Shown: positions 53,149 to 64,000 of the stretch, one piece after another
Numbering within the stretch: the first letter of the stretch is position 1
Layout: each line of letters opens with the position of its first letter
Assembly (NCBI GenBank): GCA_964016885.1
Contig: OZ024742.1
Location: forward strand, 301,196,001-301,260,000
DNA: 64,000 bases
DNA from: Eledone cirrhosa
Taxonomy: Eukaryota
Reading direction: 5' to 3'
Program-made: the position numbers and the translations under genes
The notes under the pieces: generated by a model
Databases searched by the model: none
What the model saw: the letters and a program-made list of their open reading frames with translations, nothing else
Told to the model about the DNA's origin: nothing

Positions 53149-55190
53149 TGGTCTGATCGGACGTCTTTTTGCTCGCTGTCGTAAATCTCTTTATATACCA
53201 GTTATAATTATTTGTTGTTAAATTTTTCTTGTTGTGTAAGGGATATAAGCCCTTGAACTTTGCCCTGTGAAAGGGAAAGTATAATATTTGGGCTTTTTGG
53301 CCCAAATATTTGAACATTTTACTTTTAAAAATTATCCAAAAAACATGGCTGAGTCACCCCCACCCCGAAATATGTCTGCTGTCGTGTGACAACGGTGTAA
53401 AAGTTGAGAGGAGAGTTACAGAAATTGATACAACAAACACCACCACAAACAACATGAACAAAAACATCAATGACAACAACACTGAGAACACTAATTTTTA
53501 AAAAATTACCACACCAACTACAACAATAACAGCGACAACCAAAATACAGACAACAGAAAAAAATGACAACAAATGCAACAACGATATTAACACCACTAAC
53601 AAGAAAATAAACAACGTCAACACCAACAGCAACAATACAAATTGCACCGAGAACAACAATAACGGTGGCACCAAAAACACAACCAACTATAATAGAGATA
53701 ACAGCAACAACACCAACAACACCGTTTGTAGCAGTAGTAACAGTAACATCACCAACAACAAGACCAGTAGCAGCAGTAGCGGCAGCAATAATGGTGCCGC
53801 TGAAAAAGGGGCCACTTCTTTCGCAGGTGCGGCGCGAAATATAGAGATAGTGCTAGTCACGGAGGAGGAGATGGCAGTCGCAAGGGCCATGGTGACAAGA
53901 AATGCCAATCGAGTCTCCCTCAAACCTCCACCCGATTTTTTCAAGGACCAGCAGTTACGGACGGTGACTTACTGCACTGTAAACAAAATATCACATCGGG
54001 CGGAGAGAGCCGCAGAGGCTCAATCCAAAAGGCCTTGGGGTGCGTCTGGGCGCGCAAAACCCACATCACCCGAGGAAAAAATGTCACAGTAGACGTATTT
54101 TTTGCTACCTCCCAGGAGGCGAAGTCGCACACTTTGGTAACTCTAAAGAGTGAGGAGATAATTTTGGTGCCCTCCTACTGTGGGCAGAAAATTGTGAAAC
54201 TCAAAGTGACCCAGGTCCCGCCCGACGTGCCCATACCTTGGCTGGCCGCGTCTATCCTTGCTGGAATCGAGGACAGGACGACCATGCTACAAGTAGAGAA
54301 AATAGGGAGAGAGAACTGGTCAGGAGACCCTGGGCGTCGAAGACGATCAGCTGTTCACTCTCTTCAAGAGAACTTTCAGCCGGGGGCATATGGACAACTT
54401 CCAGAAATCCCTGGCCTGGCAGTGCTACCGGGGAGCGTTGCCAGTTCGAGATAAGTTCTACAGGCACGGAAGTGCCGTCAGCCGAACCTGTCCGAGATGC
54501 GCACAGAGCGACGAAACCGTTGTGCACGCACTCGTTCAGTGTCCGAGCATTGCTGACTTGTGGAGCTATGTCGAACATTTTCTGTCACGTGTAGGACGGA
54601 TACGGTTATCGACAGAGTCCATTGTGCAGATAGCCCCGCCATCCTCCTTTAAAGAGGAGGAAGGACAGACAGTTTTCATCTGCCTGGTGGCCATGGCGAA
54701 AGAGATTGTGTGGTGTTCAAGGTTGAAAGGGTTGAAGACGGAAACTTTCCTCTCCAGCCAATCCCTGATTAACTTTTCCAAGTTTCACTTGAAGAGGAAA
54801 ATTAGGGTGGAGAGGCAAGTGCTGTCTTCTAGTAAGTTTGTTGAAAGGTGGGTGAAAGTGGCGAGTCTGGTCCGAGTGAACGGGCCCGCTCTGAGTATGC
54901 GCCTGTAGACTGAGGAGTGGGAAAACTGAGAGAGGGCGCTTGCCCTGGTGGCCAGGGTAGCCGTGTTCCGTTGTGTGGTTTTCGCCACGAGTGACCCTCG
55001 GAAGTTTCCTCCCTATTGGGGAATTTTTGTTGTTTGAATTTTTTTGATATTTCTATCTTTTGTTATAACCTTTTTTACACGACCAAAACCCACTTTGTAT
55101 CGTCGTGTACTGTTCTGTGCCGTCTCTAATGTTTTTCTTCGTGCCAGCCCTTGTGGCCAATAAAGAAAGCATTATTATTATTATTATTAT
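53149..55190 (+). mobile_element. Internally deleted Tx1-like LINE: 5' UTR and ORF1 start fused to the ORF2 C-terminus and 3' UTR
   Basis: Begins after and ends in (ATT)n. Asn/Thr-rich ORF1-like region from ATG 53345. ORF 54390-54908 (MDNFQKSLAWQCYRGALPVR...CPRC) is homologous to the end of 40983-42467. Confidence 0.8.
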
Positions 55191-55194
55191 TTTT

Positions 55195-55965
55195 ATTTTC
55201 TTTCATTATTGTTTCTGAGATATATGCCGAGTGTCTTCCTGATACAGTGTGCATTGGTAAGCCAGTTAATACACCACATTGATTATAATAAAAAAAAAAA
55301 CAGTATACATATATACACATGTGCATATGCATATGTAAATACAAGGAGGGATATCAATCTTACAGAGATAGTGCTCTTCTCAATACGTGTGCAGTACCAG
55401 TCAAAACAATTTTTTGCACATCGTGCAGAGAGGGTAAACCAGGAATCATTCGCAAATATTGTTCTATTCCTTTCTTGATCATTCCCAGTCCTCTCACAAT
55501 CACTGGTATTGTAACGGCCTTGAAGTGCCACATTTTCTCAATTTCAATAAGCAGATCTTTATATTTTCATAGCTTGTCAAATTCTTTTGTCGCGATATTG
55601 TGATCACATGGGATGCTCATATCTATCAATAAGCAGACCTTGTTATGTTGATCTTTTACAATGATGTCAGGTATATTTGCTATTATGGTGCTGTCAGTAT
55701 GTACAGGAAAGTCGCAGAGAATTGTTACTTTTTCTCCTTCAGTTACAGCCTCAGGGTGATGATTGTACCATTTGTCTTCAGCTTTGATTTTTTAATGCCG
55801 ACATATTACTCAGTGTAGATATTGGCCAACTCTGTCATGTCTATATTTGTATTCTACTGGTGCTAAAACTTTACATCCAGAGACTAAGTGATCTACTGTT
55901 TCAACCCCAGCATTGCAGAATCGGCACTTTGGGTTTATTCCGTTTCTCATCACATAGGCCTGGTA
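55195..55965 (-). mobile_element. R4/Dong-like non-LTR retrotransposon 3' fragment (zinc knuckle plus restriction-like endonuclease)
   Basis: Hand translation gives PKCRFCNAGVETVDHLVSGC..YKYRHDRVGQYLH, ANIPDIIV, LIDMSIP, KYKDL, IPVIV..LG. Flanked by (TAA)n on the minus strand. Confidence 0.8.
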
Positions 55966-55988
55966 ATTTTATTATTATTATTATTATT

Positions 55989-57112
55989 TCTCCAGCTCGT
56001 CTCCTTGACGGAGCTGCAGTCCTGGGTCAAGCGAAGACCGAGAGGGAGCGATTGGAGACTGGAATGTCTTCAGGCGCTCATAGCCCTCGACCAATCGGGC
56101 AATGTGATCGGTGGAAACTCCACCTTGGCGTTCTATAGAGGATTAGTGAAGGGGAAGAGCGACGACGTACTTGGGGAAACTCTAGGCGTCGACGAAAATC
56201 AACTAGCCAATCTCTTCGGAAGAACTTTCGGGCCGGGGCCTATGGACAACTTCCAGAAATCCCTGGCCTGGCAGTGCTACCGAGGAGCTTTGCCAGTTCG
56301 GAATAAACTCTACAGGCATGGAGGTGCGTCAGCCGGGCATGTCCGAGATGCGCGCAGGGCGACGAAACCGTCCTGCACGCACTCGTCCAGTGTCCGAGCA
56401 TTGCTGACTTGTGGGTTTATGTCGAACACTTGCTGTCGCGTGTAGGACGGATCCAGCTATCAGCTGAGTCCATCGTGAGGATTGCCCCGCCCTCTTCCTT
56501 TAGCCGGGAAGGGCAGGCATTTTTTATCTGTCTGGTGGCCATGGCGAAAGAGATAGTATGGTGGACACGTTTGAAAGGGCTGAAGACGAGCACTTACCTC
56601 TTCGGTGATGCCCTGATTAACTTTTTCAAATTTCATTTGAAAAGGAAAATCAGGGTAGAGAGGGAAGGGCTCTCTTCCCAGCATTTTGTTGAAAGATGGG
56701 TGAGAGAAGCAAGAATGGCCCGAGTGAATGGGCGTACTCTGAGTATGTGTCTGTAAATTAAAGGTGGAAAACTGGGAGAGGGCACTTGTTCTGGTGGTCA
56801 GGGTCACTGTGGCTTTTTAATGGGCTTTCTCCACGAATGTCCCTCGGAAGTCTCCCCCCTATTGGGGAATTTTTTCATTGTTCTATTATTACATCCTCTG
56901 TTTTTTGTTTTTTTTACACGCAGAAATGCCCTGTTGTACTGTCCTGTATTGTCCTGTACTGTCCTTAATGTCTACTTTGAGTAAACCCTTGTGGTTAAAT
57001 TTGCCTTTCATCCTCACGGGGTCAATAAAATAAAGCACGGGGGTAATTGCTGGCCTTGTGTCAAAAGTAGAAACATTATTGTTATTATTATTTAAGAATA
57101 AAGAAATCATTA
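55989..57112 (+). mobile_element. Tx1-like LINE 3' fragment with a family A SINE piece inserted in its 3' end
   Basis: QLVSLTELQSWVK...GPGPMDNFQKSLAWQCYRGALPVR. Starts at (ATT)n and ends AATAAAGAAATCATTATT. SINE sequence at about 56997-57090. Confidence 0.85.
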
Positions 57113-57547
57113 TTTAAGAGCTTTTTCACTATAATCCACACGACAAAAGCGTAAAAATCCCCAAACCATATTGTTATAACAACGCAACGTCTTGATTTTA
57201 TGGCATGATATGACTCGACCAAAAAGTGCTGATTGTTGAGTTTACAGTGTCTTTTTACAGCAAAGGACTGCAGATTTTATTTCAGAGCTACTTCAAGCTC
57301 ATTTAAGAAACGTTACTCCTCGCATATACATTCCTTTAGCAATGTAAGTAAAAAACTTTACTTGCCGAATTTATTTGGTCTCTACGTAGCTGAAAGGTAA
57401 GTTATAATTTAAGTTTGTATATTACTAAGTTAACCCATACAAAAGAAGCAGATCCGAATGAGATCCATGTTCTATTGACGCTTTGGAGATTTTTATGTTG
57501 GATAAGCCTCTTTTGAACCGTAGTAAAGAAATGATTATATGTGGATC

Positions 57548-58290
57548 ACAATAATAATAATAATGAAAATTATTGTGTACAGTGCACAGGTGCACTACAA
57601 CTCATCAAATATGCATGTATAGTACATAGAATAATGTACAAATGTCAGGAAAGGGAACAGTGTATGAGTTATCACACACACACACACACACTTGCGTGCG
57701 TGTGTATGGAAGAGGAATATCAGGTGTAGTGTTGATGAATTTCGGGAAGCATGGAAGCTTTGAAGGATGCAGTGTCTCGGCAGCTAACAACTGATGCCGG
57801 TAGTTTGTTCCATGCAACTCTGAATGTGAAAAAATCTTTCCGAAAGTCATGGGAGCTGTGCTGTTTTCTGATTTTGTAAGCATGTGCACGGGTGTTAGAC
57901 ATGGGGAGTTCAAAAATGTGCTCAGAGTTGTTGGAAAGATGGCTAATAATTTTGTGGGTGTCTACCAAGTCAGTTACCAGACGTCGGAGCTTTAATGTAT
58001 CCATGACCAGGGAAGCAGGGCGTTCAGAGTATGGTAGATGCCTGATGGAGGGTATTCCTTTGGTTGCACGTCTGTGAAAAGTTTTCAGGAGATCAATGTT
58101 CTGAGAAAGATAGGGGTTTCAGACTGGTGATGCAAATTCTAAGTGTGGACACACCATAGCTATATACAGCTTTAAATAGATAGCTGGAGAGCGGGTGACT
58201 AGGGTCCTACTGAGTGGTGCTAAGACATCCTTGGCCTTCTTGACAATTTTAAAGATATGCTTTGTCCAACGCAAATCGCTGTTGACAATA
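57548..58290 (-). mobile_element. CR1-group LINE 3' fragment
   Basis: Colinear with 48626-49350 and has an (ATT)n tail. Confidence 0.88.
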
Positions 58291-58554
58291 ATATAGATAA
58301 AAATTCATTTTTCTTATGTTAATTTGGAATGATCATTACATTTAAATTCCCTATAATTTAATACCTTTACATATGTGTTAATTGTTTTAACCTTTATATA
58401 ATATTATTCTTAAATTGTACATATATACTCAGTTATTACTTGATTGATAATTTAATAGTAACCCTATAATTTATTCTTTTCGCTAACAAAATGAAGTTAA
58501 ATTATCTTTGTATTAACTGTATTAAGCGATGATAATAATTTATTAGCAATAATA

Positions 58555-58775
58555 AGGCGGTGGATTGGCAGTATCGGTAGAGCGTCAGACACTATGCTTT
58601 GCAGCATAGAGTTACGGCCCTTTATGATCTGAGTTCAAATCCCGCCGAAGTTAACTTTGCCTTTTATCCTTACGGGGTCGATAAAATAAAGTACCAGTCA
58701 CACACTGGGTTCGATTTAATCGACTTTCCCCTCCCCAAAATTGCTGGCCTTGTGCCTATATAAGAAACCATTATT
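58555..58775 (+). mobile_element. Family A SINE, full length
   Basis: tRNA-like A and B boxes, central domain and tail. Another copy lies at 59480-59693. Confidence 0.85.
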
Positions 58776-58984
58776 GATTATAATTAATAAATTTATCTGA
58801 TATTCCTGTAATATTTTTCACTATATATTATAATGTTCCATATTCCTTTGATTAACATAATCAAGTTAATATTTCTATGCATCAGATACTTTTGTGTTTA
58901 TTATGCTTATTAGTAATAATATTTAATTAATTTCTCTGATATTCTCATAATCTTTAATATAATTTCTAATATTTTATCTTAATA

Positions 58985-59212
58985 TGCAGTGTGGAAATGT
59001 CTCAACAGATTAAGATCTGGTGAAAAGCCAATCTGACAAAATGGGGATATTTAAAGGATGGGGATGTTGTGTGTGACTGCGGCATCGAACCACAGATTAC
59101 GCAGCACCTCCTGATATTCCCCCTGCTGGAACACCCCTGCACAGCATTGGACTTGGTAGAGTTTTACGAGAAAGGACAGCAATATGTTCAGTTGTGGCGG
59201 AATCACATCTAG
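58985..59212 (+). pseudogene. Non-LTR retrotransposon C-terminal fragment
   Basis: WKCLNRLRSG...KWGY...CDCG..PQ..QHLL resembles the C-terminal Cys/His motif of LINE ORF2 proteins. Confidence 0.55.
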
Positions 59213-59369
59213 CTAAGTTTTGTAGCCGAAACTCTTGTCGACACGATAAGATCTTAATTTCTTTCCCCCACTTTTTACTTTAAAATTAGATTTATAAACT
59301 TTTACCTTAATTCTCGCTTTCTCTTTTTTTTTAAAATTATTTTTTACTCTTTTAAGAGCCCACACCATA

Positions 59370-59465
59370 TTTCCTTCCTTAGGTATGGCCAGTTCAACAA
59401 TCAGAGCTATTTTTGTCGAGTTAGACCATGCCATATGGTCGGGGCGTATTGTAGTTAAAACAACA
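59370..59465 (-). pseudogene. Restriction-like endonuclease fragment of a non-LTR retrotransposon
   Basis: TTIRPDHMAWS...IVELAIPKE resembles the RPD...IELTVPWE motif. Confidence 0.5.
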
Positions 59466-59816
59466 TATTTTGAGAATTGGTGGATTGGCAGTATCGGTGG
59501 AGCGTCGGACAACATGCTTTATGGCATAGAGATACGGTCCTTTACGATCTAAGTTCAAATCCTGTCGAGGTTAGCTTTGCCTTTCATCCTTACGGAGTCG
59601 ATAAATTCAAGTACCAGTAAACACAGGTGTTGATTTAATCGACTTTCCCCTTCCCCAAAATTGTTGGACTTGTGCCTAAATCAGAAATCAATATCATTTC
59701 AGAATACTAAAACGTCTTTCTGGTGGTTTAGAGTTGAATATACTGGATTTTACGTAGGTTTTGAAACACCGAGCTAGTTTGAAAATAGAAATAGAAGCTT
59801 TCGCTGTGTTTTTTTA

Positions 59817-59953
59817 CTAAAGAAATTTTAGCCTGATAGTGGGGTTTAGAACCCTCTAAGAAATGGAAAAAGATGAGTATCGACGTCAATACTCATCTTT
59901 TTTCATTTCTTAGAGGGTTCTAAACCCCACTATCAGGCTAAAATTTCTTTAGT
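59817..59953. repeat. Near-perfect ~137-bp palindrome with essentially no spacer
   Basis: ACTAAAGAAATTTTAGCC...GAGTAT cgacgtca ATACTC...GGCTAAAATTTCTTTAGT. Confidence 0.9.
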
Positions 59954-60138
59954 CAAAAATACTGGATTTTTTATTTTTAGTTTGGTACATAACAAAGTAT
60001 TGATGTATGAATGATTACAAAGACAAGATGCTCTCTTTTCATATTTTAATTAATTCATTCAATATGAAAAATTAACACACTCTCTTTATGATCATATATT
60101 AAAGAAAACACACACACACACACACACACATATATGTA

Positions 60139-60378
60139 AGGGGCGGTGGAAGCATTTCTGAATTGGTGGTGGTGGGAGGCAAATTTGGACAATTTAGTTG
60201 TAGTGATTATTTTAGCTCTTTGCTCTCTAAAATGGTCAGAAAACCTCGATATGCGATAAACATAACATGTACATAAATTGTAGCACATATCCAAATAGAT
60301 GTGTGTTTTGATAGTTGGGGGAGGGGATATAATTATTGGAGTGGAGCATGCCCCCCCCCCCCCCCGTTCCACCGCCAT
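60139..60378. mobile_element. Probable MITE (PIF/Harbinger-like GC-rich terminal repeats)
   Basis: GGCGGTGGAA / TTCCACCGCC ends. No clear target-site duplication. Confidence 0.5.
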
Positions 60379-60677
60379 AGTATATATATAGAATTTTTTT
60401 AAATATGCTCTGTGTACTTTCCTAAGGGGTTAATATATCGAGCTTCTTCGCATTTGGTAAAAAACTGGTATTATACCCAATTTATTCATCTCCTATATAT
60501 ATATATATACAAATAAAATACAGAGTTACTAACTCATATTGATACCCTGCATTATATAATAAAGTACCAGTAAAATAAAGTACCAGTAAAATAAAGTACC
60601 AGTAATACACTGGTTAATTGCTGGCCTTGTGCCAAAAGTAGAAACAATTATATAATAATATATATAGAAATAAACAG

Positions 60678-61122
60678 TAAATTGTGTGTCTGAAATTACG
60701 AGGGTTGAAATACCACATTGGTTTGATAAATTTAACCTGAAGCAAACGGAAGATATAGAATATATATACAGACCGTCTCAATAACTATTCCATCTCTCGG
60801 ACAGATTAGAGATTTAATCTGTTTCACCCTGAAATTATTTTTAGCATATCCACTCACACCACTTCTAACGGCCAGCGCACGAGGTGAGATATTCATTCGT
60901 GTGGCTTTTAGTTGTATGTGTTTGTTCCATTTGATCTTATCTCTCGCTGAGGAAAGCCTACGGATTATCTGTTACAAACACAATTTTCAGGGCGAAACAG
61001 ATTAAATCTCTAATCTATCCGAGACGGTCTGTATATATATTCTATATCTTCCGTTTGCTTCAGGTTAAATTTATCAAACCAATGTGGTATTTCAACCCTC
61101 GTAATTTTAGACACTCAATTTA
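60678..61122. mobile_element. Non-coding PLE-type insert with ~140-160-bp inverted repeats
   Basis: 60678-60836 is the reverse complement of about 60983-61122, with a ~19-nt indel. Flanked by microsatellites. Confidence 0.8.
60942..61024 (+). ncRNA. Type I hammerhead motif with a long stem III
   Basis: TCTCG-CTGAGGA-aa GCC...GGC-GAAA-cAGATTA-aatctc-TAATCTa-TC-CGAGA. The inverted copy restores the C-G pair and a GUC site. Confidence 0.8.
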
Positions 61123-61133
61123 ATGTGTTTATT

Positions 61134-61260
<127 letters not shown>

Positions 61261-61739
61261 CATTTAATATGGCTATTGGTAAGCTTTGTTACTCTAAAGT
61301 TTCACCTGCGCACTCACAAGATCACCTGAGTACGCAGGTGAGACTCCAGAGTAATAAGGCTTAGCCATAATAAATGAATATTTAAACTCTACTTCAGTAT
61401 TGAGTTTTCATTCTTACGTCTGTCAAGAATTCACGTACTCTCAGGTCTTGAATAATCGTCCCACCCTACTTATTAATTCGTCAGATCCTCCCCTCCGGTT
61501 TTTATTCCACCCACTTATTAAATTTTGCTTTTCTATCTCCGGCAATATTGTAAATGATTCATATTGATACAGCAGCTGGAGAATCCAATCATAATTTTAT
61601 TTTAAATTTAAAAAAACATATATTACAAAAGAAGAACATTACAAGAAATACCATATTTACGAACGTACACTATACAATTACTGATTTCCTAATACCCCCC
61701 CCCCATTATTGCCACCCTCCTATTATTTGGGATCCGTGA

Positions 61740-62606
61740 GTGCCACCAAACTCTCCTCCTCTCTATGTCTATCACACAAAACTCTCTTTTAATCCTCCTC
61801 TCTGTATCTACAAAAAACAAACTTTATCCCTCTCCATATCTACCACGGCACCGCCTCTTTTATCCCACTCTCTATATCTACGACTAATACGCCCACTCAC
61901 TCTCTTTAAATATCTACACTTATCTCTCCCAACCCCCCTCTGTATACTAAACTCTCACCCTCTCTGTATCTACTACACGGCACTCTCCCATTATCCCTCT
62001 CTGTATATCTGCAACCACCAAATTCTCACCCTCTCTATATCACGTAACGCTCTTCCAATACTCCTCTCTATACCAATTAACACCAATACTCCCCCTCTCT
62101 ATATCTACTACACCGAACTCTCTTCCAATCCCCCTCTATATATCAATTACCACCAAACTATCCCCCTCTCTATATCTTCTATACAATACTCTCTCTCATT
62201 CCCTCTCACTCTATCCATCACTACTAAACTCTCATCCTCTCTATATCTATCAATACCTATTTCTATCAATCCTCTCACCCTATTCATTACCACCAAACTC
62301 TCTGCCTCTCTACATCAACCATACAACACTCACTCCCATTCCCCCTCTATATCAATTAACACCAAACTCTCCCATATTTATATCTACCACATGGAACTCT
62401 CTTCCAACCCCCTCTTTATATCAATTAACACCAAACTATCCCTCTCTCTATATCTACTATACGGAACTCTCTTCCAATACCCTTCTATATATCAATTAAC
62501 GCCAAACTCTCCCTCTCTATATATCTACTACACGGAACTCTCTTCAAATTCTTCTCTCTATATCAATAAATATCAATCTCTCTCCCTCTCTATATCAATT
62601 ACCACT
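61740..62606. repeat. Degenerate C/T-rich tandem repeat (~30/60-bp periodicity)
   Basis: Recurrent 'ctctatatctactacacggaactctcttccaa' and 'tatatcaattaacaccaaactctccc'. Confidence 0.75.
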
Positions 62607-64000
62607 TGATATAGACGTGATTTACTTTGCTCCGGATTTTTGCGGATTGTTGTAAAAAAGAACTGTGAGTTTATTGATCAATTTAATAACATTGTTTGGT
62701 TTAGCCCCTTGCCTTGGCCGTCAGACGTTAAGTCAACAAATTTTCGCCCCTTTCTGGGGCGAAATTTTCAATTTTCATCTAAAAACTGTAGACTTGGTGG
62801 CAATGGATGCCATTTCCACCTCGCACACTGTCGTGAGTGCCACGCCCACTAAGAAAAGTGGTGGAGGGAAGGTAGGAGTACAAAGCTTGCAGCCGTCCCC
62901 CCTCGCATCATCGAAAAACGTGGAAAATATCGAAACCGCGAAACCAAACCCGGTAAATAATACCAGCACCAACAACAAAAACAATGACAACAACACCACA
63001 ACCAACAACTGCAACAATAGAAACACCAATATTACCAACAGTGACAGTAACACGAAAGACAACAACACCAAAACAACATTTGCACAGACCGTAAAAAAAG
63101 ACGAACTATACACGCCAATAGACATAACAAATGCTAAACAACTATTACAAGATGCAAAACAATTCGTGATTTTTGGCGAAAACGGTGCTTTTAGCATCAA
63201 TTCTCCACAGGAATTACGTAGAGAGGCTGTCCTGAAAACTGGTTTTCAGGACAATATCGAACGTAACAAGAAAACCAGCTCAATTATCACAAAATGAAAT
63301 TGAGCTGGTTCTAAAAGACGCAATGAAGGACTTAACCTTCATACAAAAAGGTAAACTGTTTGGTAGCATTTCGGTGCTGATGAACAACCAGTCAACAGCT
63401 CAAAAGTACTCGATAGCACCCATTGTGTCCCTCCCCACTTCACCTTTTACCCCACATACAGGGGAAAAAGGACACAGAGAATAAAAATAATGAGTATCAC
63501 ACCAAATGTAAACATTTGGTGGATACTATGTGGAATAATAAACTTTGACGAAGACAAGATAATTTCAATAGGAAAGTCCTCCGCAGGTGTATTTGGTGGG
63601 ACCACCGTAGAAGTTCTGGTGCAAATGAGCCCAGAACGAATAGCGAATATCCCACAACGCGTGCCTCTGGACGGGCTAACTTATATAAACATTTCAGTGG
63701 AGGGAAGGCGGCCGTCATGTTACCACCTGAGGGCTGCCTGTCCTCAATTAACGAGTCAAAAAAAAAAGGCTCTTCTGCCAATCCCAAACACAACAACACA
63801 ACCACCACCACCACCACCACAACAACACAACCACCACCACCACCACAACAACAACACGGAAAAAATAACAACACAAAACACTGTTCCACCCAACCCCTCC
63901 CCACCTAAAACAAATACAAAAGCAACCACAACAAAACCCCAAAATATACCCCTCCCCAACAACACGGAAGAGGACTCCGTATCAACGTCACCCAGTGACG
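62607..64000 (+). mobile_element. 5' end and disrupted ORF1 of a probable Tx1-like LINE, running off the window
   Basis: 5' UTR start resembles 53149 (gat..gacgt...tttgctc). Asn/Thr-rich N-terminus followed by TFAQTVK, like SFAGAAR at about 53817. No RT is visible in the window. Confidence 0.55.

Noticed and set aside
61740-62609. 289-aa ORF
   Set aside because: Translation of a degenerate C/T-rich tandem repeat with no recognisable domain.

Overview
AT-rich, microsatellite-dense eukaryotic DNA. The SINE, LINE and Penelope content suggests an octopus or other cephalopod, which is an inference from repeat families only. One host gene can be reconstructed: a minus-strand, 4-coding-exon, 327-aa PLP-dependent serine/threonine dehydratase or serine racemase-family enzyme (exons 38833-38958, 31141-31492, 7761-7924, 6478-6819; GT-AG introns with matching phases). 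The rest is mostly mobile DNA: five Penelope-like element (PLE) coding remnants, Tx1-like, CR1-like and R4/Dong-like LINE fragments, a mariner relic, hAT and piggyBac-like MITEs, two tRNA-derived SINE families, and a ~5.9-kb two-variant 18-bp minisatellite. The main signal the ORF track misses is about 13-14 type I hammerhead ribozyme (HHR) motifs. Most sit in short non-coding inserts that carry inverted repeats and lie next to (TA)n or similar microsatellites. They include a 468-nt circularly permuted retrozyme-like monomer, a pair with compensatory base changes, and a recurrent non-canonical CCGAAGA core. All folds and boundaries were read by eye and need computational and biochemical confirmation.
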